64,000 nt of DNA from Chrysomallon squamiferum (lineage: Eukaryota; Animalia; Mollusca). Numbering within the stretch: position 1 is the stretch's first letter; every line of letters starts with the position of its first letter. Location of the stretch: positions 10,664,001-10,728,000 of the forward strand of contig CM022678.1 in assembly GCA_012295275.1 (NCBI GenBank), read 5' to 3'. Below the pieces are notes generated by a model, which worked only from the letters and a program-made list of their open reading frames with translations, was not told the DNA's origin and searched no databases. Below are positions 27,176-46,320 of the stretch, piece by piece. The translations under genes were made by a program, and so were the position numbers.

Positions 27176-27874
27176 TATTATTATTATTAAACTACTTAAT
27201 TAAAAACAATAAAATTTAAAAATATTTAGAATCACTAAAATATTTGAAATTTTGAATGTTTCTTGTATATATCTGTGTCTATTAATAAATTTGTAAATCA
27301 AAAACATACAGACTAAACATTCTCAATATTTAAAATCAACAGACTTATTTTTAATGAATTTGATTTTGTATATATTGTATTTATTGGAACTATGTATTTA
27401 TTCTGTGTTTTAGTGTCTAAAACATCAAAAATAAGTAATCACATAAATACATAAATATAACCAAATAAGGAAGCAAGTAAATAAATAATAAAACTTTTTT
27501 AAATTTAAATTTAATCATCACATTAACATAAATATATTTCTAAATCTTTACCAGAACGATAGCCTGAATAACATTAAATCATCACCAAGAGTTATTCCAA
27601 AACATGTTATTTTCTAGCCAGGCTATCTTCTTATTACTGTTACCAGAATAACAACATTAAAAGTCAGTTGGAGATAAAATTTCAGTTTAATACCAGGATA
27701 AAAAATGTTAAAACTAAAAAAAAAAAAAAAAAAAAAAAAAAGAAAAGAAAAAATTCTTACCTGACATTTAGTCAGTTTTTTTTCTAACTGATCTCTTTCA
27801 GCTACTACATGTGCTAACCTGTTGTTCAGCTCGATTATCTCCCCTTTCAGAGAGGCCAAGGCCATCTGGTGAAG
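20928..27874 (-). pseudogene. MCC: MCC (mutated in colorectal cancers) unprocessed pseudogene. Exons 27874-27761, 26775-26633, 26211-26135, 25793-25688, ~25169-25094, 24773-24663, 24115-23722, 22971-22737, 21748-21541, 21111-20928
   Basis: LHQMALASLKGEIIELNNRL; RYE*RVTELHSVIAEL; ERLQSRIDHLKSQNDL...GKYESNNTALQLA; LKNDRAAVRMTIMELES...LDLENAVLMQELMAMK; C-terminal PDZ ligand TNETSL*. Lesions: TGA at 26709-26707 and frameshifts at ~25720 and ~21585. The exon expected after ELMAMK was not found. Confidence 0.93.
25185..25440. repeat. Degenerate ~40-bp minisatellite in an MCC intron
   Basis: TTTCAACTGTAACAAAA(A)TGTAACAATTTATCCTCTAACTC repeated about 6 times. Confidence 0.75.
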
Positions 27875-28229
27875 CTGGGGAAGAAAAGAAAGATCTTTGA
27901 ATTGTTTGTGGTTGTAACCAAATTAAAACATATTTTTTGTGAATTATTTGTGATTCAATCCTTTTTATCATTTCTAAAGCTAATTAATGTAAAGACACTG
28001 ATAATGAAAATAATAATAATAATAATAACAATTTTATAAATATTGGTGAGAATTAAATAATCCAAAAGACAATAATAATATAAAAATATATTATTCATTT
28101 CAATTATTAGACATCTCTGTTACCTGCTAAATTAAACACTGGAAACAAAATATAATAAAAATTTGTTACTGAATAATTAATTTTATAAACAATTTTCAAA
28201 TTTAATGCAAGAACAAAATGTTCTGTTCT

Positions 28230-28756
28230 GTACTTTATTCAACAACTGAAGAATCCACTAGATTACAATGACTGCAAGTCTCCACCAATGAAATTCCATC
28301 AATCTAACACCTCATTTGCCATATTGAAATGTAGACTCGAGTGGGTGAATGTTGCAACCAGCAAATAGTAAAGAAATAAAATAAACATTAGTTACACCTT
28401 TCATCATCAAAACTCAAAATCATTTTAGTAACAAACTACATAACAACCTTACCAGACTCAGAATCAGCTACTCCACCAGTCTAAACACAATCAAATTCAA
28501 ACACAAAACTAAACTTTAGCTGTGGAATTTCTGAAACCATGAAACATTACTTATTTCTCTGTCCACATTTTTTCAGTGAACATCTAATGCTATATGACAC
28601 ATTCAATGAATTAAAAATTGAATTTACATTCAAAAACATCTTGATAGAAACAGTGAAAAACTGAGAGCCAAACTTTAATTCAATCAAATAAATAGACACA
28701 AATGTTTAGTTAATTAAATTCAAAAACATAACATAAAATAGCACAGACATATAGGT

Positions 28757-28789
<33 letters not shown>

Positions 28790-29463
28790 AGCACACAATA
28801 ACAACAAAACAAAAAGCAATACACCAATACAAAACAATTGTATCAATTATTTAATTACTAGATTAACTGACTCACCAACTGATAGATTTCTAACACAGAA
28901 CTTCAGAACATATTTTAAAAGTTCCTCATTTTCTAGACACAAGGAAGTAAACTGGTTCTGGCTGGAGTGGGCTGTTTGGAATGTGAACTTTCTGTACTGA
29001 CAAGTCAAACTGATGAAGACAATCAGCTTTTTCTTAAAAATAAAAATGAAAACAAAATTTAAAATAACAAACAAAAACATACTGCAATATAAAATAAATT
29101 AATCTAAGAATTAATAAAATATCCTTAAAATTATATCACTTAATATATAAAAATTACATCACTTAATATATAAAAATTACAGATTATTCAAATGAATTCT
29201 TACCCTGTGCAATAGCAGTCTGTTGATACTCCCTCCAAAGTGAAGATTTAGTCTCACATGCAAAAAGATGTTCAAATCATTCCCTTTGAATCCTGTGACT
29301 GACTCAGAAAAAATTAATCATAATCTTGAGGAAAATGTTTCAGAAATTGAACTATCCTTTCTCTGTCTTCACATGTAAGGCATGTGAATTAATTTTCTTC
29401 TGCCAGATTTCTTTTCTCTCACGGAGTTACCCCATTCGTGCTGTGAGTTTGTTCTGACTAATC
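28230..29463 (-). mobile_element. Intron-containing DDE transposase relic, Sola(2)-like
   Basis: Joined across frameshifts: HALTCEDRERIVQFLKHFPQDY...GFKGNDLNIF..CETKSSLWREYQQTA (29463-29204) and HQFDLSVQKVHIPNSPLQPEPVYFLVSRK*GTFKICSE (29032-28876). There is a CGQRNK remnant at ~28570. These resemble recalled Sola-type motifs SFDFAQQVHYP..P.QPGPIYF.TPRKCG.FGVC and DNC.GQNKN. Confidence 0.6.
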
Positions 29464-29508
29464 CTGTAAAAAAGCAATAAAAGATATAAGCAGACACCAG
29501 TAACCCCC

Positions 29509-29559
<51 letters not shown>

Positions 29560-30009
29560 ATTCAAATGTACTCTATAAAAATGAGGGAGAAATTACAAAT
29601 TAATTGCCGCCTAAATAGGAAAAATATTAATAAAAAAAACATACAAGTTCTCTCTGCTTTGTTCATTGGAATGCTTTGAAGAACTTTCAGCAGCAAAACA
29701 AAAAAAAATCTGAAATCTTATAATACTTACACAGTGGTAAATTAGTTGAAATAACTGTCCTAATTCAGATGATAACATTTTTTATTTTATAAAAATCATT
29801 TTAATGAGTCTTGTTTATCCAGTTAAAATATATTACAATTGATTAAAACATAAAATTTCTGATTTCCAAATTTAATTCAATAACTGTCTCTAACCTGAAT
29901 AAATAATATTACTCTAGAAGAACTGACTTTTTTCTTCTTCTTCTTATGAATATGTATTACTGACATTTTCAACTTGAGACAAATGTCTTTCAAGTTGATG
30001 ATTATGGAC

Positions 30010-30332
30010 CTTATGTCGGTTCGAAATTAAAAAAAAATTGATGTTTAGTCGCGCAAAAAATTGTTTTTGGATCATCTTATAACACTATTAATAATTTTAT
30101 AGCAAATATTTATTTCACATAAAAGTTTGTTCATAATTCGATAAATTGAAAGTATCGGCTTACCTTAATTTGTCAACATATAAAAAGAAGTACGAAATTT
30201 CTTTATTAATTAAAATAGCCCAAAATAATGTAGCCCTAGTTATACAAATCAGCTGGTAAGACATTTTCAAACAAACCTTGACAAAAATGGTATATAATAA
30301 TAATAATAATAATAATAATAGTAATAGTAACA

Positions 30333-30382
<50 letters not shown>

Positions 30383-30990
30383 TTATAGTATTACACGCTT
30401 GGATTTTTCAAAAGAAACAAAAATTAAAGGAAACAACATGAAATGACAGTGAGTAAAGTTTAGCGTGTGTCAAAAATAAGAAAATCAATGACTTTCCTCT
30501 ATAAAATATGTAGCCGTTCAACTTTTCTTTTTAGTAGTTTTTCTTTATTTCTTTATTTCTTTTATTTTTTATTTTTATTTATTTTTTATTCTGGTTAAGT
30601 AATCCTACCGGAATTGAAAACGAAAAACAATTGCAAATACAGGGTTATAGAGTTATCTTCCATGATAACTAGTTCCGTTAACCAACCGATAATATTTTAG
30701 GTAACGCTCAAAAAGTTCGCTAAATGTTTTCGTTGGCTTCTCTTTAGCCAATTAAAGGTGGAATTCAAAAGGAAAAACAATAGCAAACAATTAGCTACAG
30801 AGTTATCTCCTATGATAACTTGTTCCGTTAACCAACCGATAATCCTTTAACTTAGTGTTTATAAATAGATGTTGGCAACTATGGTAAGCAGATATGTCTA
30901 ACTTATTGAACTATGGGCAAACGTTTTATGTGAAATAAATATTTGCGATAAAATTATTAGAAAATTATTATTTTGTATTATAACTTATAG
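30010..30990. mobile_element. Non-autonomous foldback/MITE-like element with long inverted repeats
   Basis: ~30077-30180 (TAATAATTTTATAGCAAATATTTATTTCACATAAAA...CTTACC...CAACAT) is the inverted complement of ~30866-30985. The internal direct repeat AGAGTTATCT...ATGATAACT.GTTCCGTTAACCAACCGATAAT occurs at ~30649 and ~30799. Confidence 0.7.
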
Positions 30991-30996
30991 AAAAAA

Positions 30997-31580
30997 CAGG
31001 TCAGAACATCTCAGAAAAATGTCCACAGATCTTGGATTCAAAAGATATAGTCACTCCTGAGACACCACATGTAACACTTAATGTAACAGACGGCATAGAT
31101 CATAGATCCCACTGTGATAGCCGTAACCAAGCATTAAATCCTCGTAAACATGTTCCCGATAATGAGAACCAGTTTTGTAAATGTAAGTGAGAATGTTGAT
31201 CCAGTGATCACTTCTCCCCATCTATTTACTTGTGGTCCTTTTATTGTGAATATGACAGCTGATGCAGAATGAGAGACATCATCACAAGATGTAAATGCTG
31301 CTCCTGTAAGACGCTCATCTAGGTTACGAGCTGGTCAGCATGGTAATCCTCATAACCTATCCCTCTCTGCAGTTGTTCTGGAAAGTATGGCAACATTTTA
31401 TTTGGGAAATCTTTAGAATAGATTAACCATTGGTTCCTATTCTATAGAGCTTAGATTATGTATTGTTTAAAGTGCTAGCAAGATATATTAACATGACTCC
31501 TTCCTATTGGGAGATTTTATTAGCACTTGGAACTGTATTGTCATGTGACATGACCATATATGGTAACTACTGGCTGGCAT
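30997..31580 (+). mobile_element. Gypsy-like 3' remnant, same family as 13294-13850 but in opposite orientation
   Basis: Encodes PVRRSSRLRAGQHGNPHNL, typical of a Gypsy pol C-terminus. 31470-31578 is the reverse complement of 13322-13430. Confidence 0.7.
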
Positions 31581-32275
31581 TTTTGGAGGTTCCATTTATC
31601 CCGTACTGATAATTAGCGTACCAAAGCTTTGTGAGTACATCTCACGTAAGCGACATAACTCTAATCTATGTTTGTGAACACATATCACTAAAGGGAGATC
31701 ACTCTAATCGATGTAATTTTAAATTTGCTTAATGAGTACACCTCACATAAGGGACATAACTCAAATCTATGTCTGTGAACACATATCACTAAAGGGTGAT
31801 AATCTAATCGATATAATTTTTACTTCGCGGGGTAAACTCCTCCCACTTCCGGTGACATGTCATGGCTTATGTCAAGTGACCCATATTATATATAAAGACC
31901 GTGATTTTTCCACAATCGTAGATCGAATCACGACGTATGGCGTTTTAGGAGGTTCCATTTATCCCGTACGGATAATTAGCGTACGTAAGCTTGGTGAATA
32001 CATCTCATGTAAGGGACGTAATTCTAATCTATGTTTTATGAACAGAAATCACTGAAGGGAGATAACTGTAATCGATATAATTTTTACTTTGCTCGGTGAG
32101 TATATTTCACGTAAGGGAGATAACTCTAATGGATATAATTTTTACTTCGCGGCGTAAACGGCTTGCTCTGATTAGAACGTTAATTTTTTTCAAGGTTCAT
32201 GTATCAAGGTCCACAATCTTTCATAGATGAATCTGGAATCGGAAAGTACTGCTGTGGAACCTCCAAAAACGCCGA
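31576..32275. repeat. Repeat relic with a ~360-bp direct duplication and subunits related to the 40/42-bp satellite subrepeat
   Basis: GGAGGTTCCATTTATCCCGTAC.GATAATTAGCGTAC at ~31585 and ~31948, and an inverted copy TGGAACCTCCAAAAACGCC at ~32255. Subunits such as GTGAACACATATCACTAAAGGGAGATCACTCTAA. Confidence 0.75.
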
Positions 32276-33561
32276 GATTCGATAACATGATCTCACACAC
32301 ATGAACATAATGACAAGAAACCCTAAAGTTTCAACTTGGTTCTGTACCTTCACAAGCTGTGTTTGAGCGGGGCAAACAGCCGGCGTGCGGGGGTAGGGGG
32401 CGTGCGTACGTACCTAACCCCCCGGTCCGGACCCGAATTTGAATTATACTTAATATTTAATTCAGTACAATCATTCGTTGTTTTTTTTTTTTTATTAAAC
32501 TATTGTGTTTTTTTATTCCGCTGTTAAATCTTCTATTATGTGTATAATGGGGTTTTTTTTTATTATTATTAGTTATTTTTTGTTATCTTCCCAGAATAAT
32601 TAAACAGGATATCCCATACACAATAAACTATTTTTTTTTTTTTTTTTTTTTTTTTTTGTAATTTCTTTAGCACTTAACTCAACGAATTAAATGAAACAGA
32701 AATCTCAATTCGAAACAATATCATTATTATTATCATTTTTATTTTCATTTTTCAAAATTTGTTCTGTTGTTGTTAATGTTGTTATCCATTATCATCGATA
32801 CATTTGTTCCTGTTATTAATGGTCAACAGAGTTATTTCCCTTAGACCACCTAGTCTATGAAATTGACTAATTATTATTAGTAGTAGTAGTAGTAATAGTA
32901 GGAGGAGTATCTCTATTTGTGCATTCTTAATTTATTTCATTTGTTTAAAATATTTCTTTATTAAAAACTTAATATTTCTTCATTCGTGCTATTCAGAGTT
33001 AAAATGAGATCAAGAATTTAAATTTGTTAAGAAATTCCGTTTTGATACGAGAAAATTTCTATGTTATTTATTATGATTAGAGAAACAGTGATTTGGGTTT
33101 CACTACGACTGTAAGTTTGTATGGTTTCATAAAAACTTCATTTCACTGTAAAAAATGTAGGATAAAAATTTGAAATACATGTAACTACTGTTTTTCAGCC
33201 GTTTCATACTGATACGTTATTTAAATTTCACAAATATAATGATTTCTAGAGCGTGGTATCTAACATCAATTCAACTGTTTAAAAGATTAAGTTTGTGTGT
33301 TTGTGTGTGTGTGTGTGTTAGCGCGTGTGTCTGTCTTTCATCTATCTTTAATTTTTGTTTGTTTTATTTTTATTGTTGATACTATTGCTAACATTGTTAT
33401 TTTTGTTATTATAGTACATAATTATTACTATTTTTATATTGTTGTGATTGTTAATATTACTGTTATAGCTGTTGCTTTTGCTGTTGGATAACTTTGCTTT
33501 AGGTAAAGTTTTTAATTTTGTGTTGAGAGAAGAAAGCAAATTAGAGAGAGGCAGGAAGAGA

Positions 33562-33592
<31 letters not shown>

Positions 33593-34289
33593 GTAAATTT
33601 AAATAATCTTATAGACATTCTAATTAATATGCCTATGAATTTATCCATTTAAATAAATTTACTTTATGTAATTGTAACAGAAGGAATTATGATTATTAAG
33701 TACGTTATTTCGGTTAATATATCAAAAGAATATAAATAAAAATTATCCTCATCAATAGAAATTTGTTTCTCAATTGTGATAATGTTAGTTAAAATTTTAT
33801 AAGTGGAAACAAAATAATTTGTAATATTTATTTCAACAAAAATACTTTTTCATATGAAAAATATAATTTTAGAAAAAGTTCTAAAAATTATAAGATTTCT
33901 GATTTATCCGGTATATATATCATAATAAAATATACAAGAAGAAATAAAAAAGAATACTAAGACTTTATTTTACAAAAAATGTTTTAAATTGATATATAAT
34001 TTGACAGATAAAGTAACCTGCATATGATTAGGTAGATTATTCTTTCAAAAAAAAAAAAAAAAAAAAAAAATACGAAACAAGAAATATCTTTAAAAATAAT
34101 AATAATAAAAAACAAATAAAACATCTTCCTCGAAATAAACACAGTTTATTATAAAACATTTTTTTTTTTTAGCCAACTAATCAATGACTTCTAAGATCAA
34201 GCATATTCATCTTCTTTTCAAATTTGTATCATAAGAATTAATGTCATATTTTTCACCACTGTTTGAAATACTTTGAAATAAACATCATT

Positions 34290-34612
34290 TTCCCTATCAT
34301 GTATTGTCTGAATGTTTTTATTTTTCTCACTCATTAGTATCATTTGAAATATTTGTCTTGTTTAAGACTGCTGCAGACTTGACTGTACTTGGTGCTGTGT
34401 CTGGTCAAACATTTTTCTCACTGCTGTGACTGACTGAAAAAAGAGGCAGAACTGAATCCAGCATCTGTTTCATGATTTCTGAATCAGTCTGGCATCAACT
34501 ATCAAAACTTTGATAGCATAAACTCAAATCTTCATCAAACTTGGCCACGGATTTTCGTTTCTGCTTTCACATCTCTGTGCACTGAACTCCATCAAACCAT
34601 CCTATAAAATAA

Positions 34613-34643
<31 letters not shown>

Positions 34644-37600
34644 AAGAAGAAGAAGAAGAACGACAACAACGGTAATAAATATAGCAAGAATAATAGTGAA
34701 AATATCTACTGCTTTAATATTAATACTAATAATTTGTATTACAATAAAGTAACACACTCTATATATATATATTTGCTGTTAAGGCTAATTAATTTACTGC
34801 TTTAAAACTTACTTATCTATATTTTGCATCAATTTAATTGAAAATATTAAGTAACTATTGTTCATTGAAATGGGTAGACTTTTCTTTAAAAATCACTTAT
34901 TAAGAAATATTAGAAATCTGACTTCCACTGTTACATCAATGATACATGAGAGACAGACTTTCACTGGAATTGTTTCATTCAGGATGATATTTCTACTACC
35001 TGAATCAAAGTGAATAATTATTTGTTGTCTACCACATCAAGTCTACTATTTCAAGTCAGTGGAACCTCAAGTCTCAGATCCTAGGTTGCTTAGGTTTGTA
35101 AATTGTAATCTTTAATGTAGAGATAATTACAAACTGTTATTTATCATATTTATGTAAAACAATGAATTTATGTAGCTATTCATGATCTTCCATGTGACCA
35201 GCTAGTGGTAACCAGTCTTCAAATGCAGTACTTGGTGACAACCACAAACCTCTATCAATTAACTGAACAGTGTGAAAAGGAAAGGTCTAAAATTGACGTA
35301 ACTGGAAAAATTAGAAGCATTTTTTTTCGTTTATGATTCAGACATGAGTTATAAAACTATATGTAGCAGATACAGAACACCAATAAAATACTTTCCTTTC
35401 CAATGAATTATTAATAAATTTTATTTAAGAAAAATAAATGAAGTTCCATAAGCCTATTGCAAAATGTGGTCACATGGCACTGAATAAAAATGGAGGCAAA
35501 ATGTACTTCCAAGTGATAATATAGAAATAAAAACAAATGTAGACTAACTTTAGTAGAAAACAGTGATTATTTCACGTATCACCAGCCTGCATGAACCATG
35601 TGTGTGTGTGAAATCCTAACAGTCTGCTGGATTCTGTTATCTGCAACCTGTTGATGAGTCCTTCCATCAACACTCTACCAGTCAAAGTTTCTCTTGTGAG
35701 ATCTCATGTGTCAAAGTTATACAAAAACTAGTCTGAGCAGCTACACCAACAGTGACACCTGTAAATATTAACAGTAAATCAATTTAAAATATAAATTCTT
35801 ACACACACACACACACACACACACACTAATATATACACACACACACACAGACACTAATACACACACACACACACACACACTCATACACTAATATATACAC
35901 AGACACTAATAAACACACCCACACAGACACTAATAAACACGCACTCACACACCTGCAACAAAATATCTGTTTTTAGATTCTGCTGTAGAAAACAAACATT
36001 TATTTGTGACCATCCAGCACAAAATGGGTTGCTTGTCATAAAGTTTACATTTTATGTTTTTAACTTTTCTAGATAAGCTTTGTCTTAGCAGTGAAAATTA
36101 TATAAAAATCTAAAATACTGTTCCCAAGATATTAGTGATTGAACATTCTAACTTTCCATAATGAGATTCTTGTAAAACACAATTAAATAATAATGATTAT
36201 CATTTAAGCATTTTCCATACCAACAACTATACCATATTAATAGGTTCAGTAAAGAATGTCTTGATGTTTGAAGTATCTGTTTTGTTTTTGTACAACAGCT
36301 TATTTAAATAAAAAAGAAATTAACAAAATATTAATTTGTGACTGAATGCATTAAACTAGAAATACCTGATTCAGCAGAAGTAATTTAATACTCATTAAAC
36401 AACATAAAAACATAAAATTATAAAAGGAGATGTTGATTGAGAAGAAAAGACATCACCACTATTTAAAGTCTTCAGCTGTATTTTTCTGAATTGTTTAATC
36501 ATACATTAAAATATTTCTGTATATATAGAATAATTTCGTATTAATGCTTCAACATTTTCAGCATTACAATCATTAAAAATATTATCTCATTGTGCAGAAT
36601 TCCAAGCTTTCACAAAAATCTATGCTTGTTGCTGAAAGTTAGTTTGGAAAATGTGTGCACTCTTTTGACTTCTTTACATGATGTGCTGGTCTTGAGGAAT
36701 AAGAGGAAGGCTGTCATACAATCTACAGTTTACTGCCCTTTATCTTAATTTCATTACTGAAACTACACAATGTGATATCTGACTCATATCATGCTGGCTA
36801 GTAACATTTGATGTTTTTAAAAAATTAACATACTATTGTACTATTTAATTTCTTATTATTTTAAAAATTATTATTATTATAAATAATCAAAAGATGTGCT
36901 GATAAAAAGAACTGTCAGTGTGTTATTTAAAGTTTAAGTTTGTGAATTAATAAAAGAAAGAAACAAAACTCAGATGAACTGGTCACCTGTAGACTGCACA
37001 CACAATACACCAGCTCTGCATGTCAGAGTACAAGTCTGGAAAATTCTCCCTCATCTTCTACCATTAGCACTTGTGTGACCTTTTTCTCTTTTCTAAAAGT
37101 GTGAAAATGTTTTGAGAACAAAATGAAATAAAAATTTAGTTAGTTTGTTGTTTAGTTTTTGTTTTGTTTCTTTTTTTCTATGTGTGACAGTTGTTTCCCT
37201 TTCACCATGATTAACACATTATTTTATTATTATGTACAGCAGTTTCAAACTTAAGTAAGTGTGTTAAATACTGCAACTTTTTACCCTATGTTTTTTTTAC
37301 ATTAAAGACTAGTGCAAATGGTTAATTATAAAATTGTTTACTTCCTCAAAAATTAAAAACTAAAATGACTCATTTTCATTCCCAAACAAGTAAAAAATAT
37401 ATTTTTTTTTTTTACTAAAACTTTTTAGGTTGTCCCCTCAATTAACATTTGACTTTAAAACCCAATATATTATAATTTAGAACATTCAATTTTCTTTTGA
37501 AAACCAAGTTACTGTCACAAACACAATTAAAAACTAATTCTTTGCTTGGACACATATACCCTTTTAAATGAGATAATAAGAATAACAAAAAAATCATAAA

Positions 37601-38645
37601 AATGAATAGCCATTTATAATATTTTATTTTAAAACTATTTTAAAAATCTGTATTTCCAAAATACAACATTCATAAATGAATTGCTGCTATCATTTTACTG
37701 TTATCTCTGTCAATAGAATAACATTAAAACTATTTTTCTCAAGAATCTAAATCAAATACAACAAGGTGTAACAAAAAGGGCAGTACCTGATGTAAATGAA
37801 GATTTTATAACAGAGCTGGGATCCTTCCTCCAGTTTGTTCAGATTGTAGTCAGCCAATGTTTCACCAGAAATCTTCACAGTCAGGTAGACTTAGAGTGTC
37901 TCATACCAGAGAACTGTGTGAAATTACAAAAATATGTGATATACTGAAATTTAAAAAACAATCACATTTAGCCATCATCACAGAAGTCATAAAACAAATG
38001 TTTATAATATTAACAATAATAAAATTAAAATAATAATAATGACGATCATGATTAAAAACAGATAAATAAATTATATTAATGATAATAATGATGACAGTAA
38101 GAAGAAAAACAATAAACTGAAATCATAAATAAATAAATAATCCATTTAATGAAGGACCCTGTCTAATAATAAAGATTTTTTCATGATTTTATCTTTTCAT
38201 TTTTCATTATTTTCCCCAATCCTTGACAATTTTAGGCTACTTAATTATTGCATAAATACATTAAATTCCTTATAAATGTTACAGAGAAATAAAACTTTTG
38301 CTACATACCAGAGGAAAGTGGTTTCAGCTGTTTTTCAGATAATCCTCACAGGTTCTTGATAAAACAAAATTGGCATCTATGAAAAAAAAAATCAGAAAAA
38401 GAAAAATTGTATCTGATCATTCTTTGAAGCTAAATTTTATATCAAACAACATTTATAATTAAAATAAACCATATATCTGTGATACTTAAGGATTGTCATT
38501 CTTATAAACTAAATAAAAAAAACAAAAACAACTAACCTCTGAATCCAGTGAAAATGCAGGTGACATCACATCACCAACAGCAGATCAAAATGCTGAAGAA
38601 GGATTTCAACTTTCAGCAACAAGCAGTCACAGTTTCTGAAATACT
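34290..38645 (-). pseudogene. Run of decayed GT-AG-bounded exon-like segments of an unassigned gene (~38645-38538, 38377-38309, 37913-37787, 37092-36988, 35758-35583, 34601-34290)
   Basis: Higher-complexity blocks with a polypyrimidine-AG and GT(A/G) donors in AT-rich intron-like DNA; frames are broken by stops. Faint resemblance to the WDR62/MAPKBP1 C-terminus, not established. Confidence 0.4.
36004..36690. mobile_element. Possible non-autonomous DNA transposon
   Basis: The left end TGTGACCATCCAGCACA partly matches the inverted right end TGTGCTGGTC (~36682-36690). The right end is truncated and no TSD was confirmed. Confidence 0.3.
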
Positions 38646-39129
38646 GAACATAGAAAAAACTGAGTTGTATAAGCATATAACAAAATACATGCATAAAAAT
38701 ACAATAAATGGTTATAGTTAAAAACTTTTATCTAATTATATATTTCTCTACATAAAATATTAAAATAAACCTTTTTAACAATAAAAAAACAAAACAAAAC
38801 ATTTCCTGACTATACTGTTAAAAGACAATTATTTCTCTGTTATTTGAAATTTTAGAGATCATACATTACTTTACTTTTCATATTACAGAAACACAGACAA
38901 GGAAATTCTAATCCTGTGTAAATGAATAAATATACATATTATTTAATATATCAATACATTTTTTTTGTTACACAAGTGTTGGAAATCAAGTTCAGATTAT
39001 TTGCAACTACTGAAGTGTTTTCTGAATTCTGTTTCTTAGGATTAATGTAAACATCAAGGTTAATGTAAAATGACATATGTCCTTTACCCTCACCTTGACC
39101 TTGACCTAAATAATTTTCAGTTATCTTTG

Positions 39130-45200
<6,071 letters not shown>

Positions 45201-46041
45201 CGTAGCATACATTCGAATCCGTTTATGTTCGAAACATCAGGGTTTATCGAGACTGGTCTGGCCTTAACCTAATTTTAGTTAGTATTTAAGAATTAATTAA
45301 TTTGTTTATTCTCACAAAAATTATTATAAAATTTGTAGAAATTTATTCTGGTTTCAGACCAACATGTGATTTTTAAATATTTGTTTTAATTTTTTTTTCA
45401 AAATGATATGTGATAAATTTTATAACTTCTGTTTTTTTATTGTTTTTTTTTTAACTACAATTTATTTATTAGGCTTGTCAATGATAAATGTAATTTTTCT
45501 CTCTACAGGATAAACAAGCCTTCTGCTGACCAGAAAAAAGACCAAGGTTGACCACTTGACCATGTGTGTAGTGCAGCTTTCATTGAAGAACATGAATTCT
45601 CCAGTCCTGGCAGTTAAGAGAAACTTGTACAGACTCAGACACTGAGATGTGCTCAACATGTTTGTAAACAGATGCTGGGTATAATGGACAAATAATTCAG
45701 TTTACTACCAGATTTTATAAATTACTTAATGCCACCTGAGAATGTTTTAAAATTATATTATGTTAATTTTGTTACTATTAATTAGGTATGTTTTAGTGAA
45801 CAATGAGTTAACAGTGAAAAGACAGTGATTTATATCTATCATTAATTAATTCTATAATTATTGTTTGTTTATATTTTTTTTTAAAAATAAAAAAAAAGTC
45901 ATTATCATTTTTGAACTGATGCTGTTTTAAATGTTGTTTATATTAATATTAAATTGAGGTAAACAAAAAACTGATTAAAAAAATGAAGAAAAAAGAAACA
46001 AGTCAAAAATATTTTTAAAATAATAAATTACTTTTGTTTCA

Positions 46042-46266
46042 GACTGAGAATGTAGAAGTCAGGGTTTGACATGGGAACAGATTTCTCATAAAGCTGAAGG
46101 CAGTTTATGTCACTATGGTTACTACTAGAAAAAAGTATGAGAAAGGTTAGTAGTTTTTTTTTCTTTGAACTGTAGTGTACCTATCAAAGCAGAAAGTGCA
46201 AGGGCTGCCTGTCTTGTCTCAGATGAAAAAGTCCTTGGTTTCACAATATTCAAATAAGCTTTTTAC

Positions 46267-46320
<54 letters not shown>

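Noticed and set aside
20928-27874. Functional MCC gene
   Set aside because: In-frame stop, frameshifts, a missing exon and no 5' end.
29204-29463. Glycosyltransferase-like DYD(W)FFL motif
   Set aside because: The surrounding frames and the next exons fit a Sola-like transposase much better.
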